Position numbers and translations under genes: made by a program
Notes under the pieces: model-generated
Seen by the model: the letters and a program-made list of their open reading frames with translations, nothing else
What the model was told of the DNA's origin: nothing
The model's database searches: none
From: Verrucomicrobiota bacterium
Lineage (GTDB): Bacteria > Verrucomicrobiota > Verrucomicrobiia > Opitutales > UBA953
Assembly (NCBI GenBank): GCA_039796215.1
Contig: JBDKKH010000118.1
Coordinates: 1-31,966, forward strand
DNA length: 31,966 bases
Direction: 5' to 3'
Part shown: in pieces, positions 18,701-31,202 of the stretch
Position numbering within the stretch: position 1 is the stretch's first letter
How the letters are laid out: each line of letters starts with the position of its first letter

Positions 18701-18728
18701 TTGCGAACATCGGGCGAGGTCCCATCGT
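18701..18728 (+). promoter_or_regulatory. Putative sigma-70 promoter giving a leaderless MFS mRNA
   Basis: TTGCGA (18701-18706), 16 bp, CATCGT (18723-18728), ATG exactly 7 nt later. Confidence 0.45.
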
Positions 18729-18735
18729 GGCTTGC

Positions 18736-20082
18736 ATGTCCGCCCCTGCAGTCCTCCCCCAGCGTCGCATCCTCGGACTCATCTTCCTCACGGTCTTCAT
18801 GGATATCGTGGGATTCAGCATCATCATTCCGCTGTTTCCGCATCTGCTGGACCATTACATCCGTAACGAAGGCGCGGTCGGGACGCTGATCGGGGCCCTT
18901 AACGGTGTCGCGGAGTGGATGGGCGGAGACACGGTCTTCAAGAAAACGGTGCTGTTCGGCGGCCTGCTCAGCACGCTCTACTCCCTCCTGCAGTTCATCT
19001 TCTCGCCCATCTGGGGGGCGATGTCGGACCGTCTCGGTCGCCGCCGCATCCTGACCATCACGCTGGCGGGCAACGCCTTGTCCTACCTCCTCTGGATCTT
19101 CGCCGCGCAATTCTGGGTGGTCGTCGTGACTCGGCTCATCTCGGGCATGCTGGCCGGCAATATCGCGGTCGCGAGCGCGGCCGCCGCCGACATCACCGAT
19201 GAGAAAGAGCGGACCAAAGGCATGGCGGTGGTCGGCGTGGCCATCGGTCTCGGCTTCGTCTTCGGGCCCGTCATCGGCGGCTTGGCGGCGGGCGTCCGTT
19301 TCACCTACGAAGCCACGACCGGTTCGTTCGGCCTCAATCCTTTCTCCGTCCCGGCCGCGATCGCCGCGGCGATGGCGCTGCTCAACTACCTGTTGGTGGC
19401 CCGATACTTCCCGGAGACCCTGCCGGCGGAGCGCCGCGCGCTCGCCGACGCCAAGAGGCCTTCCGTCTTCGACCTGGCGACCGTCCGATCTTCCGCCGTC
19501 CGGCGGACTTCGTTCGCCAACCTGGTCTACCAGGTCGCCTTCACCGGGATGGAGAACACCATCGTCTTCCTGACCCTGGCGCTGTTCGCCTACAGTCCTC
19601 GCGACAACGCCTGGCTTTTTCTTTTCAACGGGGCGTGCATGATCTTCGCCCAAGGGCTCGCCCGCCAGTTGGTGAAGCGCCTCGGACAGCGCAAGGTCGT
19701 GATGCTGGGGATGAGCATCGCCGCCGGAGCTTTCCTCTGGGTGGCGCAGATCCCGCCGACGCTGGCGGCGGACGGCGATGGCGCGAAGACGTCTTTCTAT
19801 CTCGGGCTCGGCCTGATTTCTTTCGCGACGGGCCTGATCCTGCCGAGCGTATCGGCGCTCGTCTCGCTCTACTCCGACGCCTCGGAGCAGGGCCGCAATC
19901 TCGGCATCCTGCGTTCCGCCGGTTCGCTGGCCCGGGTGATCGGACCGGTCACGGCGGCGCTGCTCTATTTCCGCTTCGGGTCCCATTTCTGGGTCTACCT
20001 AGGCGGAGCGCTGCTGATGCTGCCCGCGATCTGGGTCGTCCGCGGTCTTCCTGACCCCGAACTCGCCCGGACCGACGCCTGA
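18736..20082 (+). CDS. MFS transporter, DHA1/TetA-like family
   Basis: IFLTVFMDIVGFSIIIP, motif A GAMSDRLGRRRIL, motif C GLGFVFGPVIGG, ~12 hydrophobic segments. Start ATG 18736. Confidence 0.93.
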   Translation: MSAPAVLPQRRILGLIFLTVFMDIVGFSIIIPLFPHLLDHYIRNEGAVGTLIGALNGVAEWMGGDTVFKKTVLFGGLLSTLYSLLQFIFSPIWGAMSDRLGRRRILTITLAGNALSYLLWIFAAQFWVVVVTRLISGMLAGNIAVASAAAADITDEKERTKGMAVVGVAIGLGFVFGPVIGGLAAGVRFTYEATTGSFGLNPFSVPAAIAAAMALLNYLLVARYFPETLPAERRALADAKRPSVFDLATVRSSAVRRTSFANLVYQVAFTGMENTIVFLTLALFAYSPRDNAWLFLFNGACMIFAQGLARQLVKRLGQRKVVMLGMSIAAGAFLWVAQIPPTLAADGDGAKTSFYLGLGLISFATGLILPSVSALVSLYSDASEQGRNLGILRSAGSLARVIGPVTAALLYFRFGSHFWVYLGGALLMLPAIWVVRGLPDPELARTDA

Positions 20083-20089
20083 GCGCTCC

Positions 20090-21433
20090 CTAGCCTCCGG
20101 CGATTTCCCGGCCCAGGGCGTCTCCTCCGCGGATGGCGTGCATCAGCGAGATGCCGCCGCGGAAGGCGCCATGGAAGCGCAGGCCGGGGTGCGCGGCTTC
20201 GGCGCGCGCCAGCGCCTCTTCGCGTCGTCCTTGGCCTCCGTCGTATTGCGGGATGGCCGGATCCCAACGTTGGATCCACTCCTTGCGCGGCGCCGAACGG
20301 ATGCCGAGCGTCTCGGACAGCTCCCGGTCCACGAGCACGCGGAGTTCGGCGTCCGTCCGACGCGCGAGTTCCGGTCGGCGGGCTCCGCCGATGAAACAGC
20401 AGAGCAGCACCGCGTCGTCAGGCGCGCGCTCCGGCAGGACCGAGGACGGGAACAGGCAGCCGAGCACCTCGCGGCCTTCGCCGCCGGGCGTCAGGTAGCC
20501 GAAGCCATCGAGGGCATGGGGTACGTCGGCGCGCGCGTAGCCGCGGGCCACGACCGTGACGGGCGGCGCGGAGCCATGTTCCCATGCCCGGAGCATGGGC
20601 GCGACGGTCTCGTCGAAAGGAAGCGATGCCCATTGCCAGGAGGGAGCCGTCACCACGAGGTGGCGGGCCGTGGCGCCTTCCTCTGAGCCGTCGGCGCCCC
20701 GCCATGCGACCTGCCAGCCATGTCGGTCGCGCCGCAGCGAGGTCGTCACGCAGCCCAGCCGGAGCGACTCCGCTCTCAGCGGCGCGGCCATCGCCTCGGC
20801 CAGCTGCTGCATCCCCTGCGGAAAGCCCACGACCTGACGCGCGGCGCGCGGTCCCCGCAGAAGGCCGCGCAGCACCGAACCGTAGGTTGCTTCCATCGCC
20901 TGCACCTTGGGGAAGCAGGCCGACATCACGAGTCTCGACGGATCGCCGGCATGCACGCCCGAGACGACGGGGTCCATCAGCATCGCGGCCGCTTCGGCGC
21001 CGAAACGGCGCGTCGCGAAAGCTTCGACGGTTTCGCCCGGAGCGCCTCCGCGGCGCACGAAAGGTTCAGCCAGGAGCCGCAGCCGGCCGCGCCAGCTCAG
21101 GAGGTCGGAAGCGAAGAGCGAGAGCGGATTCGCGCCGAGCCCATGCAGCTTGCCGCGGGCGAAGATGAAGCGCCGGGCGGCCCGCATGTCCGCGGACTGC
21201 ACGTGTTCGGACAGGCCGTAGGCGGCCAGCAAGGCGGCGTCTTCCGGCCCCTCGAGCTGGAGCGTGTTCGGGCCGGTCTCGACGAGCCAGCCGTCATCCC
21301 GTACGGTCCGGATCGAACCTCCGACGCGCTTCGACGGTTCGATGACGCGCGTCGCGGCGCCGCGCCGGGTCATGGCGTTGGCGACGGCCAGGCCGGCGGG
21401 TCCGGCCCCGAGGATGACCGCGTCGAGCAACAT
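20090..21433 (-). CDS. hemG: FAD-dependent protoporphyrinogen/coproporphyrinogen oxidase (HemY-type)
   Basis: ILGAGPAGL FAD motif, VGGSIRT, ETGPNT, DPVVSGVHAGDP, FGYL, LGCLFPSSV, AIPQY. Start ATG 21433 (alternative 21457); the track over-extends to 21949. Confidence 0.92.
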   Translation of the reverse strand: MLLDAVILGAGPAGLAVANAMTRRGAATRVIEPSKRVGGSIRTVRDDGWLVETGPNTLQLEGPEDAALLAAYGLSEHVQSADMRAARRFIFARGKLHGLGANPLSLFASDLLSWRGRLRLLAEPFVRRGGAPGETVEAFATRRFGAEAAAMLMDPVVSGVHAGDPSRLVMSACFPKVQAMEATYGSVLRGLLRGPRAARQVVGFPQGMQQLAEAMAAPLRAESLRLGCVTTSLRRDRHGWQVAWRGADGSEEGATARHLVVTAPSWQWASLPFDETVAPMLRAWEHGSAPPVTVVARGYARADVPHALDGFGYLTPGGEGREVLGCLFPSSVLPERAPDDAVLLCCFIGGARRPELARRTDAELRVLVDRELSETLGIRSAPRKEWIQRWDPAIPQYDGGQGRREEALARAEAAHPGLRFHGAFRGGISLMHAIRGGDALGREIAGG

Positions 21434-21497
21434 GCGGGTATACCTAACTTGAATCATTGGGTTGGCAACCCTCCGTCCGCTCGGCTGTCTGGGTCGT

Positions 21498-22502
21498 ATG
21501 AGGCTATTTGTCTTCCTTCTGCCGTTCGCATGCCTGGCCGATACCGTGACGATGAAGGACGGCACGTTCTTGCGCGGACGCATCGAACGTGTCGCGGACG
21601 GGGTGCTCGAGATGAGGGCGCCTTCCCTCGGGGCGGATAACCTGCTCCGGCTCGAACTCGCGCAGGTCGAGGCCTTCGTGACCGATGAGGAGGTGGCCGT
21701 TAGCGTGGGCGGGGGCGTCTCGAAGGGGGTCGCCTCTTCGTCGGCGGGGCATGTGGTCGTCCGCGGTGGTGCCGAGGTGAACAAGCTGGGTCCCGGTCTG
21801 GAGCTTTGGCGCGACCCGATGTTGCGTCCCTCGGAGGCGGGTGCGCGGCGGCAATGGGTCACGCAGGCCGATGCGGATGTCTCCGGTCGCAGCGGCGTCG
21901 TCGCCGGGTCGGGCCTCAGTGTCGGCTTCTCGGCCAAGGGAGTGATCAAGGCCGATACCGTTCAAGCCGGCCTGCGCTTCATGCGCGCCGAGGCCGCCGA
22001 CCAGATCTCCGCCGACGACTTGCACGCCACGTTATCGTACGAGACCAATCCGACGGACGTCGTCTACTGGTATCTCCGCACCGACACCGGCTACGATAAC
22101 GCCCGGCAGATCGACTTCTTTTCGGTCAACGCCGGCGGGGTCGGCTTCCGTCTGCACACCGACGCCAAGGGGAAGGTCGACGCCCGCGCCGGCCTAGGGC
22201 ACCGGTTCGAGCTGTTTTCCGGTGATCAAGACGACCGTTCCGCCCCTTCGGCCGACTTCGGACTCGTGCTCAACCGTGACCTGGGCTGGGCCGCATGGGA
22301 TACCTCCTTGAACTTCGTCCCTTCTTTTCAGGTGACGGGCGATTATTATGTCCGGCACGAGAGCGGGCTGACGATCCTCCGCAACACCGGCCCCCTTTCC
22401 TTGCGGGTTGGGGTCGCCAACGACTTCCGCTCCAAACCCTTACCGTCCCAGGCTAAAGCCGACACGGCGTACTTCCTTCGGACGACCTATGTGTGGAAGT
22501 GA
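21498..22502 (+). CDS. DUF481/YdiY-like outer-membrane beta-barrel protein
   Basis: Signal peptide MRLFVFLLPFACLA, N-terminal DTVTMKDG..LRG domain, amphipathic beta strands, aromatic C-terminus (TTYVWK). Confidence 0.75.
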   Translation: MRLFVFLLPFACLADTVTMKDGTFLRGRIERVADGVLEMRAPSLGADNLLRLELAQVEAFVTDEEVAVSVGGGVSKGVASSSAGHVVVRGGAEVNKLGPGLELWRDPMLRPSEAGARRQWVTQADADVSGRSGVVAGSGLSVGFSAKGVIKADTVQAGLRFMRAEAADQISADDLHATLSYETNPTDVVYWYLRTDTGYDNARQIDFFSVNAGGVGFRLHTDAKGKVDARAGLGHRFELFSGDQDDRSAPSADFGLVLNRDLGWAAWDTSLNFVPSFQVTGDYYVRHESGLTILRNTGPLSLRVGVANDFRSKPLPSQAKADTAYFLRTTYVWK

Positions 22503-22514
22503 GCAGGGTAGGTT

Positions 22515-22550
22515 TGTCTAAAAATAGACATAATTGACTAAAAACAGGCA
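22515..22550. promoter_or_regulatory. Two phased palindromic enhancer-binding-protein sites
   Basis: TGTCTAAAAATAGACA (22515-22530, perfect TGTCTA/TAGACA) and TGACTAAAAACAGGCA (22535-22550), 20 bp apart, upstream of a -24/-12 promoter. Confidence 0.75.
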
Positions 22551-22582
22551 ATACCCCTTGTGAATGGTTACCTGTTGAACCG

Positions 22583-22598
22583 TGGCACAAGGGATGCT
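22583..22598 (+). promoter_or_regulatory. Sigma-54 (RpoN) -24/-12 promoter of glnA
   Basis: TGGCAC-AAGGGA-TGCT with exact GG-N10-GC spacing, 41 nt upstream of the glnA ATG. Confidence 0.85.
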
Positions 22599-22639
22599 TT
22601 CAGTTTGTTCGTAATTAACCACTTTTACACCCCCCATCC

Positions 22640-24799
<2,160 letters not shown>

Positions 24800-24822
24800 G
24801 CCCTCGCGGCTTCGCCGAGCTC

Positions 24823-24853
24823 ATGGGCCGAACCTCCGGGTTCGGCCCATTTT
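24823..24853 (+). terminator. Intrinsic terminator of glnA
   Basis: ATGGGCCGAACC-TCCG-GGTTCGGCCCAT (12-bp perfect stem, UNCG loop) followed by TTTG. Confidence 0.85.
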
Positions 24854-24880
24854 GTTGGCGTTCGTGCCGGCGGAGCCCGC

Positions 24881-24914
24881 CAAAGCAGAAGGCCCGTCTG
24901 CATGACGGGCCTTC
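24881..24914 (-). terminator. Probable intrinsic terminator of rpsU
   Basis: GAAGGCCCGTC-TGCAT-GACGGGCCTTC (24888-24914); on the - strand the stem ends in TTC and is followed by TGCTTTG. Confidence 0.7.
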
Positions 24915-24938
24915 GGTCTCAGGGTCTGCGGACGACGC

Positions 24939-25139
24939 TCAGGCGTTGTCCCACTTCTTGCGCAGGTAGGCGCCGAAGTTCTTGACCTTCTTCTTGCGAC
25001 GACGGCGTTCGGCCGGCTTCTCAAAGCCGCGCTTGGCACGGGCGTCTTTGATGATGCCTTCGCGATCGATCTTCTTCTTGAGGCGGCGGAGAGCCTTGTC
25101 GACGGTCTCGCCTTTGCGAATCTTGATTTCTACGGACAT
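24939..25139 (-). CDS. rpsU: 30S ribosomal protein S21 (bS21)
   Basis: 66 aa MSVEIKIRKGETVDKALRRLKKKIDREGIIKDARAKRGFEKPAERRRRKKK..., from the internal ATG of the 24939..25607 track ORF. Confidence 0.96.
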   Translation of the reverse strand: MSVEIKIRKGETVDKALRRLKKKIDREGIIKDARAKRGFEKPAERRRRKKKVKNFGAYLRKKWDNA

Positions 25140-25158
25140 GTGAGCGTTTGGAGGGTCG

Positions 25159-25187
25159 AAAGAACAAGGGGGGAGGCCATTCGTCAA
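25159..25187 (-). promoter_or_regulatory. Possible sigma-70 promoter for rpsU
   Basis: On the - strand TTGACG, 17 bp, then TTCTTT (weak -10). A TACAAT hexamer also lies further upstream (25204-25209). Confidence 0.3.
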
Positions 25188-25292
25188 CCCCGAAACCTCA
25201 AGGATTGTAACCGTGAATAAGTGGCCCTCCTGGCGGGCACTAGACGCTTGCGGCAGGGGGAGGGGAGGGCAATCGTCCCTGCTCACCCCTCG

Positions 25293-29045
<3,753 letters not shown>

Positions 29046-29051
29046 GGTCGC

Positions 29052-29079
29052 TTGCAAAAGGAGGGAGGCGGGTTAGGCT
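29052..29079 (+). promoter_or_regulatory. Putative sigma-70 promoter for the HtrA gene
   Basis: TTGCAA (29052-29057), 16 bp, TAGGCT (29074-29079); ATG at 29089. Confidence 0.45.
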
Positions 29080-29088
29080 GTGGCCGTC

Positions 29089-30198
29089 ATGCTCCGTCAA
29101 CTCTCCGCGCTTGTCCTCTTGCCGGCTTTGGCGCTCGCCGGCGTAACCTTCGAGACCGACCCGAGGCCGGTCGACCGGGCCGCGCCCGGGGCGAGTTATG
29201 CGGACATGCTCGCCCGCATCATGCCCGCCGTCGTGAGCATCCGGACGGCCGAAGTCATCCCCGCGTCGGTGCTCAACCGTTATCGCGGGCGGATCAATCC
29301 CGACAAGGTCATGCAGGACGAGAAGACCGGGGAGGTTCTCCTGCCGATGGGTCTGGGCTCCGGCACCATCATCCATCCGTCCGGTTACGTCATCACGAAT
29401 CGCCACGTCGTGCTGGCGGAGGACCGTCGCAGCGTGGCCAAGACGGTCATCGTCCAGCTGGCCGACCGACGTGAATTCCGCGCCAAGGTGCTCGGCGTGG
29501 ATGCGGGGACGGATATCGCCGTCTTGAAGATCGAAGGCGAAGGGCTGCCCTTCGCGCGTTTCACCGATAGCGAGAAGGCCAGGGTGGGCGACGTGGTCTT
29601 CGCCATCGGCAATCCTCTCGACGCCGGCATGACGGTGACTTCCGGCATCGTCTCCGCGCTGAGTCGTTCCGGTAAACTGGGCATGGGGATGGCCTTCGAG
29701 GACTTCATCCAGACCGACGCGGCGATCAATCCGGGCAACAGCGGCGGACCTTTGATTGATTTCCAAGGGCGTCTCCTAGGGATGAACACCGCCATCAAAT
29801 CCGGCACCGGCGGCAGCGTCGGCCTGGGTTATGCCATCCCCGCCAACCTCATCCTCTCAGTGGCCAGCGACCTGGCCAAGGACGGGCGCGTCGTGCGCGG
29901 ACTCATCGGAGTCCAGGGCGAGGACATCTCGGTCGCCGAGTCGGCCAAGCTGTCGATCGGCAAGGCCGGCGCCGTACGTCTGACCGCCGTGAGCGACGGG
30001 ATGCCGGCGGCCAAGGCCGGCCTCCGCGAGGGGGATGTCATCGTGGGGCTTGATGGCAAGCCGATCGATAACTGGAACGACCTGCGACTGGCCATCTCGC
30101 GCCGCCGACCGGGCGAGGTGCTCACCTTGAATTATCTTCGCGACGGGCGAGGCGCGCTGGCGCGTGTCGCCGTGGCGGAGCGTCCGGCGGACCGTTGA
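29089..30198 (+). CDS. HtrA/DegP-family periplasmic serine protease, single PDZ domain
   Basis: Signal peptide; GLGSGTII, TNRHVV (His), TDIAVLK (Asp), QTDAAINPGNSGGPL (Ser), one C-terminal PDZ. Start ATG 29089 or GTG 29080. Confidence 0.95.
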   Translation: MLRQLSALVLLPALALAGVTFETDPRPVDRAAPGASYADMLARIMPAVVSIRTAEVIPASVLNRYRGRINPDKVMQDEKTGEVLLPMGLGSGTIIHPSGYVITNRHVVLAEDRRSVAKTVIVQLADRREFRAKVLGVDAGTDIAVLKIEGEGLPFARFTDSEKARVGDVVFAIGNPLDAGMTVTSGIVSALSRSGKLGMGMAFEDFIQTDAAINPGNSGGPLIDFQGRLLGMNTAIKSGTGGSVGLGYAIPANLILSVASDLAKDGRVVRGLIGVQGEDISVAESAKLSIGKAGAVRLTAVSDGMPAAKAGLREGDVIVGLDGKPIDNWNDLRLAISRRRPGEVLTLNYLRDGRGALARVAVAERPADR

Positions 30199-30201
30199 GC
30201 G

Positions 30202-30975
30202 ATGGGCGCGCTGTCCACCATTCGCAACCTGACGGGCGGCCGGCTTCCGCCGTTGACGAGGACCGCCCTGCTCAGCGCTTTTTGCGTCTTCGTCCTGGCG
30301 CTTCTGCTTTTCGCCCCTGGTGCCACCCCGCAGCCGTCGGCTCAGCCCTTGATGAGCACCGTCCGGCTCGTCCCTGCGGGGGACGTGCGGACGGAGAGCG
30401 TCATCCTGCTGGACTCCTCGGCGGTCTATATTCCGCAGCGAGCGAAAGCCGAAGGGGTAGGGCAGGGGAGGTTTGGTCAACCCGAAGATGCCCCTTTCGA
30501 GCGTCCCTCCCCGGTGCTGCAATTCGATCCGGCCCGCCCTTTGAGCCTCGGATCTGGCCTTCAAATACCGGTTCAGAACATCCCCGCGCCCGCTCAGGCC
30601 ATCCCTTTGGCGAGCCAAGACCCCTTTGCCACCTTCGGAATGAGGTCATTCCGAGACGCAGCCATCGATTCCCGTGCCGGATTTTACGAGTTATACCCTC
30701 AAGGTGGGGCTAGTAAGCCCATTATTAATGGGAAAATAGCCCACTTTTATGAATTAAATAGCAAAAATAACATTACAACCCCCACGAGCCTTGTTTTTGA
30801 AGGAAATTTTGAGTGCCTTCTGACGGTAGACACACTGGGCAAAGCCCCCTTGGGGGCCATCTTGAGGCGTAGCGGCAGCTCGGACTTAGATGCGACGATT
30901 ATCCGATGGGCTGCCGGGGTGCCTTGGGGGCAGAAACTCGCCCCTGGGCAGTACCGCTTGATCGTCGGCCCTTGA
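30202..30975 (+). CDS. Hypothetical membrane-anchored protein, possibly TonB-C-like
   Basis: 257-aa ORF 3 nt after the protease stop; one TM segment, Pro-rich linker, C-terminal alpha/beta segment ending GQYRLIVGP. Confidence 0.7.
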   Translation: MGALSTIRNLTGGRLPPLTRTALLSAFCVFVLALLLFAPGATPQPSAQPLMSTVRLVPAGDVRTESVILLDSSAVYIPQRAKAEGVGQGRFGQPEDAPFERPSPVLQFDPARPLSLGSGLQIPVQNIPAPAQAIPLASQDPFATFGMRSFRDAAIDSRAGFYELYPQGGASKPIINGKIAHFYELNSKNNITTPTSLVFEGNFECLLTVDTLGKAPLGAILRRSGSSDLDATIIRWAAGVPWGQKLAPGQYRLIVGP

Positions 30976-31013
30976 GCCCCCAAAGGGGGTGTAAAACCCT
31001 TGCAAAAATCCGC

Positions 31014-31042
31014 TTGACGATGGGGTTTTGGATGGTCATTCA
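31014..31042 (+). promoter_or_regulatory. Possible promoter of the tRNA-Thr-tuf unit
   Basis: TTGACG at 31014-31019 preceded by an A-rich tract; -10 only weak (CATTCA at 17 bp). Confidence 0.35.
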
Positions 31043-31079
31043 AACCCTTCCCTTCGCGTCTTAAGTACGTCGACGGTTC

Positions 31080-31155
31080 GCCCCTGTAGCTCAGTTGGCA
31101 GAGCGCGTCCTTGGTAAGGACGAGGTCGCTGGTTCAAATCCAGTCGGGGGCTCCA
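31080..31155 (+). tRNA. tRNA-Thr (GGT)
   Basis: 76 nt; acceptor GCCCCTG/CGGGGGC, D-arm GCTC/GAGC, anticodon stem CGTCC/GGACG with loop TT-GGT-AA, T-loop GGTTCAAATCC, encoded CCA. Confidence 0.98.
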
Positions 31156-31202
31156 CCACTTTCCACACACCAAACCTAACCACCTCCTCACCACCAAAAA
31201 CC

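Noticed and set aside
18736-20082. Tetracycline-resistance gene
   Set aside because: TetA-like motifs are shared by many DHA1 transporters; there is no tetR or mobile context and codon usage is host-like.
22600-22639. Glutamine riboswitch (glnA RNA motif)
   Set aside because: The predicted leader is only ~30 nt, unstructured, and lacks the three-stem junction.
25250-25292. G-rich SD-like tract (GGGGGAGGGGAGGG) upstream of smc
   Set aside because: It lies more than 20 nt from the ATG and may pair with the downstream C-rich tract; no coherent stable structure or role could be supported.
30976-31079. Integrated element or att site at tRNA-Thr; terminator at CCCCC-AAA-GGGGG
   Set aside because: No integrase and no duplicated tRNA 3' end; tuf follows directly. 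The hairpin is short and has no U-tract.
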